A stretch of 64,000 bases of DNA, from the IMG/VR virus record IMGVR_UViG_3300009168_000004, positions 1-64,000 of that record; one strand, given 5' to 3'. Below, one piece after another: positions 52,525 through 62,021 of this stretch. A model generated the notes under the pieces. That model was not told the origin of the DNA. It made no database searches and worked only from the letters and a program-made list of their open reading frames with translations. The stretch's first letter is position 1, and every line of letters begins with the position of its first letter. A program made the translations under genes and the position numbers. This DNA comes from a virus.

Positions 52525-54070
52525 CTGTGTTACCCCTGACCCAACTGAGCGATGTGTCGTAGTTGTAGGTCTTCTCGATCATCTTGTTGAAGGCGCCGGC
52601 CGAAGCGTCCACCTGGTCCTTGAACTGGCCCGACGGGAAGGCTTCGTGCTCGTTGATGAAGTCCCGGTTCCACTTCTTTCGCAGGAGCTTGACGTTGCCT
52701 GCCTGCACCGCAGCCGCGTAGGGCTCGGCCCGGACCTCCTTCTTGCCGGTCACCCGGTCGATGAAGCAGAGGTGCCCGTGCAGGTTGGCGACCGTGCGCT
52801 GCGCGCTCTCCTTGCCGCCGGACCCCGGCTCCTGCTCCACGTAGACGACGGTCCGCTGGATGCTGTCGTCCAGCTCGGCCGTCGCCTTGATCTTGGTCTC
52901 TCGGGTGTAGGCGTCCCACTGGCCCCGGACGACGTCCTCGACGATCACGGTGCCGTCGGCCATCTGGTTCATGAGCACGCCCGCCGTGTGGGCGCCGCCT
53001 CCGGACGTGCCGGCCTTGTCCCAGTACCTGACCCGCTTCTTGATCTCGGACTGGGGGAACGAGCCGATGATGCGCATCTCCTCGATGGGGAACATGCCGC
53101 CGCCCTGGATGATCGGGTTCTGCTGATACAGGCTCTCCCACGAGACTTCGGTGTAGGTCTTCCGCTGCTCCAGGAGGAACTCCAGGGACTTGAACTCTGG
53201 GAACAGGGCCTCGCCGACGGACCGGGGCTCGCAGTTCACCCGGATCGACTCCTCGGTGGCGAAGGCCGGGTAGCGGAGGATGGTCATGTCGGGGAAGCGC
53301 TCGATCAGTCGGCCGGCGGGGTCGTCCACGTGCCACCTGGTGACGGTCATGAGCATGCCCGCCCGGTCGTCGAACCGGGACATGAAGTCGTCCGTCATCC
53401 AGGACCAGGTCTTGTCTCGGATGGTCGGCGACTGCGCCTCGCCCCGGCCCTTGATCGGATCGTCGACCACGCCGAAGTCCAGCGACTTCCCGGTGATCTG
53501 CCCGTCGGGGGCGGTCGTGTTCTCGAAGTAGCCCTTGCGCCCGACGAAGTGCATCAGGTGGCTGTTCCGCTGGTACTGGCCCGCGTACTCGCCGCCGCCC
53601 TTCAGGGGCAGGATGCGCGTGTCCGGGAACGCCCTCTTGAAGCGATCGTCCTCGAACCGCCTCTGCAGCTCCGTGTTGGTCTTCGTGCCCAGGTCGCCCG
53701 AGTACGATGCGAAGATCGTCCGGAAGTCGGGCTCGTGCCCGTGGAACCAGGACACCCCGTCCTGCACGCTCCTGGACTTTCCATGTTGCGGCGGAGCCAT
53801 CAGGAGCAGCTTCGGCCGGTGGCCGTTCTTCAGGCGGATGAAGAACCTCTGCAGGAGGCCGCTGACCTGGCGCGGCCACCAGCCGACCCGCATCTCGGGG
53901 TCCATCATCTTGCGGTAGGCGTACAGGTTCTCCCTGGCCTCCGCCGCTTGCAGGTCCATGATCAGGTCCAGGTCCTGCTGGGTGAACCTGGGGCGGTTGC
54001 GGCTGTCGTGCTCTGCGCGGGCGATGGCCTCCCTGATCTGCTCCTTGCGGGGGTTGTGCGCGTCCATCAT
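52517..54070 (-). CDS. terL: terminase large subunit
   Basis: APPQHGKS Walker A, VVDDPIK Walker B, TRWH.DD, RYWD.A, EQEPGSGGK and DQVDA motifs. Confidence 0.95.
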   Translation of the reverse strand: MMDAHNPRKEQIREAIARAEHDSRNRPRFTQQDLDLIMDLQAAEARENLYAYRKMMDPEMRVGWWPRQVSGLLQRFFIRLKNGHRPKLLLMAPPQHGKSRSVQDGVSWFHGHEPDFRTIFASYSGDLGTKTNTELQRRFEDDRFKRAFPDTRILPLKGGGEYAGQYQRNSHLMHFVGRKGYFENTTAPDGQITGKSLDFGVVDDPIKGRGEAQSPTIRDKTWSWMTDDFMSRFDDRAGMLMTVTRWHVDDPAGRLIERFPDMTILRYPAFATEESIRVNCEPRSVGEALFPEFKSLEFLLEQRKTYTEVSWESLYQQNPIIQGGGMFPIEEMRIIGSFPQSEIKKRVRYWDKAGTSGGGAHTAGVLMNQMADGTVIVEDVVRGQWDAYTRETKIKATAELDDSIQRTVVYVEQEPGSGGKESAQRTVANLHGHLCFIDRVTGKKEVRAEPYAAAVQAGNVKLLRKKWNRDFINEHEAFPSGQFKDQVDASAGAFNKMIEKTYNYDTSLSWVRGNTDG

Positions 54071-55158
54071 CAGAATGCAAAGCTCACGTTGGTGGCTTCG
54101 ACCTTGTCGACGTCGAGCGGGTCGTCCGGGTCCGTCTTGAACGTGATCGAGACCGTGATCGTGCCTGGCCCCCTCTTGGTCTCCCCCGTGTTGAAGGTCT
54201 TGTAGACCCCGGCCATCTCGTCCTCCGGGAAGCGCCCGACGTCGTCGTGGTCGACGTTCGGCGGGAAGAAGGCCGGGGCGCCTGCGTAGAAGTCGACGTC
54301 GGCGTTGAAGATGTCGTCGGTCGCGACGTCCTCGGGCTGAACCACCGGCCACGCCTCGTACCCCATGACCTTCAGGTACCGGGCGAACCAGAGCTTGCCC
54401 TCGTAGCTGGCCTTGCCGCCGATCGCCCCCGGACGGGACCAGGTCACGTCGAAGGTCACCACCTTCTGGCCGACGGCGACAGCGGCAGACTTGAGGGCGT
54501 CGTAGGCGATCCAGATCAGGCGCGTGCCCGGACCGACGGTCTGGGTCTTGGACGCTCCGACCTCGTCGTGGCCGGCAGTCTCGGTCAGCAGGAAGATGTC
54601 CCAGTTGAAGCCGGCCAGGCCGATGTCCGTCGCGATCGACATGGCGAGGACGTTCGAGTAGAGCGAGCTGGCATCGTCGGGCGCAGTGTAGTCTGAGCCG
54701 CCCGCTCCATTCCACGAGACTGTGAACGGCACCTCCTGCTCGCCGAACGGATCGAAGCCGGAGGAGCAGATCGCCCCGGTCAGCGTGTCGATGAGGACGT
54801 ACTCACCGGCGTCGATCACGTGGAAGGTCAGCCCGGAGAAGACCTTCGACCTGGGGTCGGCCACCGCAGGGAACGCGTGGAACTTGTTGGGGGCTGCGGT
54901 GAAGGCGGGCACGGGGTCGGCTTCGCTGCCCGGAGGGGCAGACACCTTCTCTGGGAACGGGCCGTAGGCCAGGACGCCGTCCTGCCAGCCGAACCAGGGG
55001 AAGTCCGACTGCAGAGTGATGCGGACGCTGGGGTCCGTGCCCCCCGACGGGATGCTCGAGTCGACCTGCCCCATGCCCTGGACGAACAGCAGGAGATACC
55101 GGCCTCCGGGCCAGTTCACGTTCACCAGGTGCTGGGTGGGGTCGTGGGCTAGCGGCAT
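54070..55158 (-). CDS. hypothetical, probable virion protein
   Basis: 362-aa acidic beta-rich ORF starting MPLAHDPTQHLVNVNW; TGATG-coupled on both sides. Confidence 0.7.
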   Translation of the reverse strand: MPLAHDPTQHLVNVNWPGGRYLLLFVQGMGQVDSSIPSGGTDPSVRITLQSDFPWFGWQDGVLAYGPFPEKVSAPPGSEADPVPAFTAAPNKFHAFPAVADPRSKVFSGLTFHVIDAGEYVLIDTLTGAICSSGFDPFGEQEVPFTVSWNGAGGSDYTAPDDASSLYSNVLAMSIATDIGLAGFNWDIFLLTETAGHDEVGASKTQTVGPGTRLIWIAYDALKSAAVAVGQKVVTFDVTWSRPGAIGGKASYEGKLWFARYLKVMGYEAWPVVQPEDVATDDIFNADVDFYAGAPAFFPPNVDHDDVGRFPEDEMAGVYKTFNTGETKRGPGTITVSITFKTDPDDPLDVDKVEATNVSFAF

Positions 55159-55835
55159 CAGCGTGCAGTCCGGCCGAAGGTTCGCTTTGGGAGGTAGCTG
55201 TCGGCCCCTGGGGGCTTGCGGAGGGGCTGGACGCTGGCCCGGTGGTGATACGGGCAGTAGGCCAGCGGACGCGCTCGGCTGGCCCCTGAGGCCCGTGGCG
55301 CGTCGCACACCAGCCCGTCGGGCATCGGCCACTGGCAGCGATCGCCCTCGGGGACGGTGGCATCCCCTGCCGAGGTCGCCATCGGACCCTCGAGGCTGGC
55401 GGCTCCCTTGGTTTCCTTGGACTTCGGAGGCCTCACCTGGTCGATCTGCATGGTCCTGGACACAAACACGGTGGTGTTCCCCATCCCCATGTTGACCCTG
55501 CCAGCCCGAGGCTCAGGTCCGGTCTGAGTGTCCTGGGACTTGTAGTTCGCCTTGGCTCTGACCCTGCTGATCTGACGCATCTTCACGTCCATCCGCACGC
55601 CAGTTGCCCTGCCGGCGGTCCTCGGATACTTCTTCTGCAGGTCGAGGCGGTGGATCTTGCCCCCGACGGCAGAGATCGTGAAGGTGACACAGGAGCGGGG
55701 GAACTCCGCCCGCATCGCCTTGACGATCTTGGCGATCGTCAGGTAGGCCCCGCGCGTGCCCGAGTACAGGAGCTCGAGGTGCGCGATCTCCTGAGAGGTC
55801 CACCTGCTGTTCGGGGAGTCGGTCTTTGTCATCAT
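55158..55835 (-). CDS. gcrA: GcrA-like cell-cycle regulator
   Basis: WT..EI..L..L, T.SAV.GKIHRL.L and CQWP...C...YCPYH motifs. Confidence 0.8.
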   Translation of the reverse strand: MMTKTDSPNSRWTSQEIAHLELLYSGTRGAYLTIAKIVKAMRAEFPRSCVTFTISAVGGKIHRLDLQKKYPRTAGRATGVRMDVKMRQISRVRAKANYKSQDTQTGPEPRAGRVNMGMGNTTVFVSRTMQIDQVRPPKSKETKGAASLEGPMATSAGDATVPEGDRCQWPMPDGLVCDAPRASGASRARPLAYCPYHHRASVQPLRKPPGADSYLPKRTFGRTAR

Positions 55836-56125
55836 CAACAGAAGTCTCGTTTTGTTGCGTACAAGTTTAACGACCAATCCTCATGGTCTTTCTACGTTGA
55901 CAGCATTCTCGTTTTCCTGACAGCAATTGCATCCTTCTGTTCTCATGACCTTTCTACGTTGACAGGAACTTCGTTTTGGAACCAGCAATTGCATCCTTCT
56001 TTTCTCATGACCTTTTGGGGTTAACAGAAATCTCGTTTTCCGCGTTGCAATTGCATGCTTCAGTTCTCATGGTCTTTTGGGGTTGACAGAAATCTCGTTT
56101 TGACCCGTAGAAGTTTAACTGATCC

Positions 56126-56418
56126 TGTGAGCCACATACGCCGGGTGTGTGCCTCATCGGCCGGCCAGTGTGCCGGATGTGTGGCCAGAGGTTCAGGTGT
56201 GAGCCGCATACGCTAGCAGTGTGCCTCATCGGTCGGTTCCCCGACAGGTGTGTGGCCAGAGGTTCAGGTGTGAGCCCTCATTGCCAGGTGTGAGACTCAC
56301 AGGCGCGGACGGGATCTTGTGCGACGGGTGCAGATCCGATGTGTGGCTCACTGGCCGGGTTGTGAGGCTCACTGCTCCGCTGTGGTCCGGATGTGGGGCG
56401 TGTGTGCCAGGTGTGTTG
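56126..56418. repeat. second repeat family with 71-72-bp TGTG-rich units
   Basis: TGTGAGCC.CATACGC...GTGTGCCTCATCGG...GTGTGGCCAGAGGTTCAGG at 56126 and 56198, partial at 56269. Confidence 0.85.
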
Positions 56419-56637
56419 GTCAACAGAAGTCTCGTTTTAGTCCGTACAAGTTTAACTTCCATTCCTCATCTTCTGCCAACGTTAACAGGAACTTCGTTTT
56501 GATCCAAGCAATTGCATCGATCAGTTCTCATCTTCTGCCAACGTTAACAGAAATCTCGTTTTAGCCGACGCAAGTTTACCGATCTTTCCTCATGGTCTTT
56601 CTACGTTAACAGAAATCTCGTTTTATTCAGTGCAAGT

Positions 56638-56985
56638 TTAACTGCACTCCTCCCGGAAGCGCCGGCAGTTGCCCTGGCCTCGGTCCCCGCGTTCGTCCTT
56701 GAACATGCAGGCGCGGCGCAGCCGCTCGCAGCGGCCACCTCTACCACCGCCACCAATGATGTCGCCGATGCCCCCAATGACGCCGCCGCCGCCGCCGCCT
56801 CCCCTTCCACCGCGCTCATCTCCGCACTGCTCTCGGAAGCGCCGGCAGTTGCCGTCGCCCCGCTCGCCCAGCGAGTCACGCATCAGGCAGGCTTGGCGCA
56901 GAGATCGGCAGTCTTGTGCCTCGACGAGGGTCGGGATCAGCCCGACGGTTGCGAGGGAAGCGGCGATCAGGAGTGCCTTGAGCAT
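56638..56985 (-). CDS. secreted Cys-rich protein with a duplicated four-Cys module
   Basis: signal peptide ending VEA; C..LR.AC..(R/K)D..G(E/D)RG.GNCRRFRE.C twice, Gly linker. Confidence 0.75.
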   Translation of the reverse strand: MLKALLIAASLATVGLIPTLVEAQDCRSLRQACLMRDSLGERGDGNCRRFREQCGDERGGRGGGGGGGVIGGIGDIIGGGGRGGRCERLRRACMFKDERGDRGQGNCRRFREECS

Positions 56986-57283
56986 TTGGTTGTTTCCCCT
57001 TGGTTGACAGAAATCTCGTTTTGGAACCAGCAAGTTTACCGATCCGCTCTCATCTTCTGGTGACGTTGACAGAAATCTCGTTTTATTCCCAGCAAGTTTA
57101 CCGACCGATCCTCATCTCTCTTCAACGTTGACAGAAATCTCGTTTTGATCAGTGCAAGTTTACCGATCAATCCTCATGGTCCGTTGGGGTTGACAGAAAT
57201 CTCGTTTTGATCGGTAGAAGTTTAGCTTTCAGCTCTCATCTTCTGCCAACGTTGACAGAAATCTCGTTTTCCTGACAGCAAGT

Positions 57284-57760
57284 TTAATCATCCTCGCCTG
57301 TCGTCTGGAAGGCTTCGTCCTCGATCTCAGTAAACTCTGCGTCCACGACCGACGGGTCGTCGGGCAGGGATGGGTCGTGCTCGATCAGGGTCGGCGGGCG
57401 GTAGCCCCGGTCCAGGAGCTGCTGCCTGAGCTGGGCGGCGGTCATCTTCGGGCCGCCGTCTGCGCCGACCGCCGCAGCCGTGATCGTCGCATCGACCTGC
57501 TTGGGGATGATCTTGCCGACGAGCGGACCGAAGATGTCGGGCTTCTTGCGGGACAGCCACACCAGGTAACCGATCGCTCCGTCCTTGCCCTTCCCGTCTG
57601 ACCCGCTCTTGTGCATGGCGTCGATCACGAGCTCTTGGACGATGCGCCCGTTCTTGTTGGGAATGCCCTTGCGGGTCTTCGTGGCCTTGTCGCCCTTGTG
57701 GAGCGGCTTGAGGCCCCGGTATTGGGGCAGGTCCAGCTTCGGAGATCTTGATCCGGCCAT
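57284..57760 (-). CDS. terS: terminase small subunit (probable)
   Basis: RKGIPNK, G..GYL.WL....P..F..LVGKIIP; upstream of TerL. Confidence 0.65.
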   Translation of the reverse strand: MAGSRSPKLDLPQYRGLKPLHKGDKATKTRKGIPNKNGRIVQELVIDAMHKSGSDGKGKDGAIGYLVWLSRKKPDIFGPLVGKIIPKQVDATITAAAVGADGGPKMTAAQLRQQLLDRGYRPPTLIEHDPSLPDDPSVVDAEFTEIEDEAFQTTGEDD

Positions 57761-57879
57761 CCGACACCAAATCTAGTTGTTTGACGGACCGATGAAGGAA
57801 CCGAACCTGGGCGTCGACCTGGCCGAGCGACGATAGGGGCCGCTTCCGGACCTTTTTCGAAACCACAAACTCCTATTAG

Positions 57880-58170
57880 GAACGTTCGCTGGACCCACCG
57901 GACCCGACGGTCTGGACGGGGAGGGGCTCCCTATACTGCTCCTACCCTTATTTTAACCCCTTTTCCCCCCTTTCCTACCCGACGGGACAGCATATTCTCA
58001 CACACACACGTGCAAAGAATATCCGTCCAGGCGTCCAGTTCCTCGGCTAACCATCTTGTAATCAAACAATTTTTTGATAGGACGCGTCACTGGACGCCTG
58101 GACACGAAAATGGCGGCACCCGTTTTCTGATCTGGACGGCCCGACGGGTGGAGGACGGGTCCGGACGGGT
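57880..58170. other. candidate replication origin
   Basis: 15-bp perfect inverted repeat (58025-58039 / 58089-58103) around an AT-rich core, GGAC(G/C) repeats, directly downstream of the primase-helicase. Confidence 0.5.
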
Positions 58171-60947
58171 CAGCCCAACGGGGGCACCCGTCCGCGATGC
58201 TGCCGGGGTACTTCCGCGTTCAGATCCTGGTCCGTTCGGCTCAGGGTGGTGTGTCCGCCCTGCCGGTTCGCAAGGAACCCAGCCCTCGCATTCCAGTGCG
58301 CCAGCCCCGCCTCGTTCAGCTTCAGACCGCCCACGTGCCGCTGCGGCTGCCCGAACTTGTCGAACTTGAACATTGCGCTATCCGGGTGGAACTTCAGGGC
58401 CTTCGCGAATGCGCCAGGCGACGGGATCGGCAGGCCGTGGTTCTCCTCTCGCCAACTGTGAAACGCCGCGTAAAGATCCGCGCTGACGTTCATCGCGGTC
58501 CGGTCGTACTCGCAGCAATCCCTGACGAAGCCGATCGAGATGTTGCTGTCCTCCCGGAGCTCAGCCGAGGCCTCGTCCATGTCAGGAGTGTACGAGTAGT
58601 GGCCCCTCGCCAGGGCCCGCTTCATCCCGGCAATAGCCCAGTTCAGGACGCCTGACTTCTCCTCCTCAAGCACCCAGTCCGCCGGAGACGAGTAGCCCCT
58701 CGCAACCGCCTCAGCGGCCACGCCCGTCGGGCGCAGGGGGTCGAACACCGTCCGGATGCGCAGGATGGCCAGGCGGTTCTCCATTGCCCTGCTCATCTCC
58801 CTGAACTGCGGCATCACGTTCGCGCCCCAGAACGACGGCCCGCGGTAGACGTGCGCGGTCTGGGCACCGTTCTTGATGTTCACCCCGACGGGGTCCGACG
58901 ACAGCAGCGCCTTCACCATCGAGCTGATCTCCCACTTGGACTGATCGAAGGCTTCGTGCAGGACCCAGGGCACGCTGCGGAGGAACGGCTCCGTGCCGTG
59001 CGGCTTTGAGAGCTGGTCGATGGGCTGCGTGATCGGGGCGTTCGTTATCAGGCCGCTGAGGACGTTCAGGAGGGTCGACTTGCCGGAGTTGCTCTCGCCG
59101 ACCAGGACCAGAGCCCGCATCAGCGCCTTCTGCTTCCGGGCCAGGAGCGCCATGCCTAGGTTCTCCTGGATGAATGCGACCGCGCCGTCGTCCTTCACGA
59201 TGTCCTTGAGCGTCCGCATCCAGATCGGGCAGGCGGCCGCCGGGTCGTACTCGCACTCGATGCGGGCTGTGGCGTAGTCGTCCGGCCTATGCGGCCGGTG
59301 GTGCATGGTTTCCAGGTCGACCAGGCCTGACTGCGTTGAGATCATCCCGTGCGCGTCCCACTGCACGTCAGCTTCGTCCTGGTGGATCTCCCCCATCCGC
59401 TGCAGGTGGGCGATCGTCTCATTGATCACGGTCGTCGTGGGCACGATGCCCAGGGCGTCGCACCCGACGTTGATCTCTCGAGCTAACCAGGACTTTTCCT
59501 CCTTCGTCACCCCGTACATCGCCCACAGCCCATCCCGGTAGCGCCAGGGCACAGAGCCGATGTACATGAGCTGCTCGCCCCGCTGCTCCAGAGCTGCCAG
59601 GACGCCGGCGGCCAGGACCACGTGGGCGTCCTTCTTGCCCTTTTTCTTCCTCCCCTCCTTGGGCTCAGGCCGGGGCTCGCTCTTCCGCTGCGCACGGACC
59701 TGGTCGAGGTGCACCACCTGGGCAGCCCTCCCCGTCGGGCGGGGTGCTGGCTTCGGCATGGAGGCGAGCTGCTGCATGCCCCGGTTGGCCTGCAGGGAGG
59801 CCAGCTCCGGCGGCTCCCCGCCCATCGCTTCGTCTAGGATCTCGCCGCTGTCGTCCTCAGGATCGTGTGAGCCCTCATCGGCCGTGAGTGCCCTCTCTTC
59901 CTCCACTTGGTCCTCTGGCGGCTCCGCCGGGAACTCGTGGCCCACCTTCTTGATCCACCCCCGCATCGCGCCTCGGACCTTCCGGCGCTCGACGTCCATG
60001 TTCCAGCTGTCCTCGGCGACGCGCTCTAGGGCCTCCATCATCTTGGCCTCGACGAAGTCCTCGGTGTAGCCCTGGGACAGCATGCCCGACGTGACGTCGC
60101 GGATGGTCAGGTGGACGGAGAAGGTCTCGTCTATGCCCTCGTCCCGGCGCTGCTCCAGGTACTCCATCCGGGCCAGGCGGTCCCGCCAGTCGATGTGGTC
60201 GGTGTAGCCCTGCAGCTCAGCCACCCGGAGGAACGGGTTCTCCTGCTCCGCCACCTTCCGCTCCCGGACCTTTCGCGTCAGCACTGGAGGGGCCTCCTGG
60301 GCGGCCAGGGAGCCCAGCCAGGCGCTCAGCACCGCTCGGGGGTACCTTTCCCCCTCGCCAGCCAGCACGCGCACCAGCGCCCACGCCCCGGCTTTGGTGT
60401 TGTGGGTTCCCGGAACCCGGAGCAGGGTGACAGCGTGCCGGGTCGCCTTGTCCCCCGCCAGGTGGTTTCCAAGGACTTGGAGTTCCGCCTCGTAGGCTCT
60501 GACGTCCTCGGGTCCGGGCGCATCCGTCGGGTCGGTGAAGAACCAGTAGGCGTGGACGCCCCCTCCGGACCTGTGCATTCGGCTGGGCGGGTTCGGCAGG
60601 GCGGCCAGGGCTGCCAGGACCTCGTCCTCGGTGTTCAGGATGTCCTTGAAGTCGATGTCGACGTGCAGGCACGTCAGGGCGGCCACGTTGGGCTTGACCC
60701 GCTTGTGCCCCTTCAGGATCGGGCTGACGCAGTGGAAGCAGCCCCGCTCGGCCCTGTCGTGCTTGACCAGGAACCGGCGGATGCGCTCTGGGTCCCTCGT
60801 CAGGACGTGGACTTCGCCCTTGCCTGACTGGCCCCGGACGTTGGGCAGGCTGCACACGTAGACGGGGTGGTCGTGCCCCTGCAGCATGTAGTCGACATAG
60901 AGCGTCAGGTCGGCGCCGGGGCCGACTTCTTCGTTAATCTCAGTCAC
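58170..60947 (-). CDS. AEP (RepB-like) primase / D5-P4-type SF3 helicase
   Basis: LHVDID, SGGGVHAYW, LRVPGTHN; D5_N-like region; GESNSGKST Walker A. Confidence 0.9.
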   Translation of the reverse strand: MTEINEEVGPGADLTLYVDYMLQGHDHPVYVCSLPNVRGQSGKGEVHVLTRDPERIRRFLVKHDRAERGCFHCVSPILKGHKRVKPNVAALTCLHVDIDFKDILNTEDEVLAALAALPNPPSRMHRSGGGVHAYWFFTDPTDAPGPEDVRAYEAELQVLGNHLAGDKATRHAVTLLRVPGTHNTKAGAWALVRVLAGEGERYPRAVLSAWLGSLAAQEAPPVLTRKVRERKVAEQENPFLRVAELQGYTDHIDWRDRLARMEYLEQRRDEGIDETFSVHLTIRDVTSGMLSQGYTEDFVEAKMMEALERVAEDSWNMDVERRKVRGAMRGWIKKVGHEFPAEPPEDQVEEERALTADEGSHDPEDDSGEILDEAMGGEPPELASLQANRGMQQLASMPKPAPRPTGRAAQVVHLDQVRAQRKSEPRPEPKEGRKKKGKKDAHVVLAAGVLAALEQRGEQLMYIGSVPWRYRDGLWAMYGVTKEEKSWLAREINVGCDALGIVPTTTVINETIAHLQRMGEIHQDEADVQWDAHGMISTQSGLVDLETMHHRPHRPDDYATARIECEYDPAAACPIWMRTLKDIVKDDGAVAFIQENLGMALLARKQKALMRALVLVGESNSGKSTLLNVLSGLITNAPITQPIDQLSKPHGTEPFLRSVPWVLHEAFDQSKWEISSMVKALLSSDPVGVNIKNGAQTAHVYRGPSFWGANVMPQFREMSRAMENRLAILRIRTVFDPLRPTGVAAEAVARGYSSPADWVLEEEKSGVLNWAIAGMKRALARGHYSYTPDMDEASAELREDSNISIGFVRDCCEYDRTAMNVSADLYAAFHSWREENHGLPIPSPGAFAKALKFHPDSAMFKFDKFGQPQRHVGGLKLNEAGLAHWNARAGFLANRQGGHTTLSRTDQDLNAEVPRQHRGRVPPLG

Positions 60948-61035
60948 AATCTCACCCCGCCGTTGTCACGAACAGACGGTTGGGGGACCGACCCGAGCCA
61001 AATTCCCGGATCGATCCCCCGCTCAGACCGTCAGG

Positions 61036-61914
61036 TCAGCGGCGCCTTGCGGTGCCGCCGTTCTTCTTGGCAGGTGCAGCAGCCCTCTGCGCCGGAGTGG
61101 CCGCGCGCTGGTTCGGGCGGGCTGCCCTGACGGGAGCCTCCTCAGCCTGCGCCTCGGCCTCCTCGCCGGCCTCCTCCCCCTCGTCGCCAGCGTCAGCCGG
61201 GTCGGAGGGGGTGTACTCGAACAGGGACTTCTCCTCCCATCCGACGACCTTCATCGTCGGCACCTTGATCCATCCGAACTCGGGGTTGGAGTGCTTGTAC
61301 TTCCTGACGCCGACGGCCACGATCGGCCACTCGTCGGGACGGGTCCGCATCTCCTTGCCGTAGACTTTGCAAAGGTCGCCCATCATGCCCAGGCCGCCCT
61401 TCGACGAGGTGGCGAACGTGAACAGCTGCTCCTCCTCGGCTTGGTCCCCTGGGGTCTTGAGGAGCAGGTAGTTGCTGTACTGCCAAGGGTCCCGCGCCTT
61501 GCCCTGGTCGTCGACCTCCCACTGCTCCTCGTCGGAGTCACCCAGCTCTTCGCGTCGAGCGGGCCGGAAGCCGGACGCCAGCGGACCCATGAGCTGTTCC
61601 GCGGGCTTGTTGTCCACCCACTTGATCCAGCCGATCATGAGCTGGTTCATGTTGCAGGTGTACTCTGTGCCCTCTTCGATCTCCTCGTCGTCCTCGCCGC
61701 ACAGCCAGTCCCCCTTGTTGAACTTCAGGAGCTGCCCGACGATGAACCGACCGGCGAACTGGTCGCCGTAGGCCTCGAAGGCGTTGCGCTCGTTCACTCC
61801 GCCGACGGACGTCTGGGCGGGTCGGGCCACGGCGGTGCCGGTGCTCGGTGGTGCCTCGTCTGCTGGCGGGATGATCGTCTCACGGTTTGGTGCGCGTGGT
61901 GTGCTTCTTACCAT
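61036..61914 (-). CDS. phage ssDNA-binding-like protein
   Basis: G.LLKF.KGDW, GWIKW.D.KP and DPWQ motifs, acidic tail; position in replication module. Confidence 0.65.
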   Translation of the reverse strand: MVRSTPRAPNRETIIPPADEAPPSTGTAVARPAQTSVGGVNERNAFEAYGDQFAGRFIVGQLLKFNKGDWLCGEDDEEIEEGTEYTCNMNQLMIGWIKWVDNKPAEQLMGPLASGFRPARREELGDSDEEQWEVDDQGKARDPWQYSNYLLLKTPGDQAEEEQLFTFATSSKGGLGMMGDLCKVYGKEMRTRPDEWPIVAVGVRKYKHSNPEFGWIKVPTMKVVGWEEKSLFEYTPSDPADAGDEGEEAGEEAEAQAEEAPVRAARPNQRAATPAQRAAAPAKKNGGTARRR

Positions 61915-62021
61915 TTTTCTGTCTGCCTTCTGCTGTTTCACTGCTTGCTGCTTTCGATCCACATCGGGCAGGGTGCCCTAGTGGGGACGCAACGTGGTGG
62001 AGAGTGATGTTCCCACCCCGC

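Larger units (their letters stand above)
55834..57286. repeat. array of 14 degenerate 62-bp units in three blocks (5+4+5)
   Basis: GTT(G/A)ACAGAAATCTCGTTTT-N7-GCAAGTTTA core starting at 55834, 55896, 55958, 56020, 56082; 56419, 56481, 56543, 56605; 57003, 57065, 57127, 57189, 57251. Confidence 0.95.

Noticed and set aside
52517-54715. 732-aa TerL, and similarly extended ORF-track starts (37322..38752, 41732..42940, 20283..21557, 24666..26018)
   Set aside because: The extensions overlap upstream genes; coupled downstream starts fit better
55834-57286. CRISPR array interpretation of the 62-bp repeats
   Set aside because: Variable parts are only about 7-12 bp, are interleaved with conserved patches and are reused between units; there are no unique spacers and no cas operon
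422-57286. CtrA boxes (TTAA-N7-TTAA) in the promoters and arrays
   Set aside because: Only isolated TTAAC half-sites were seen, often varying to TTGAC
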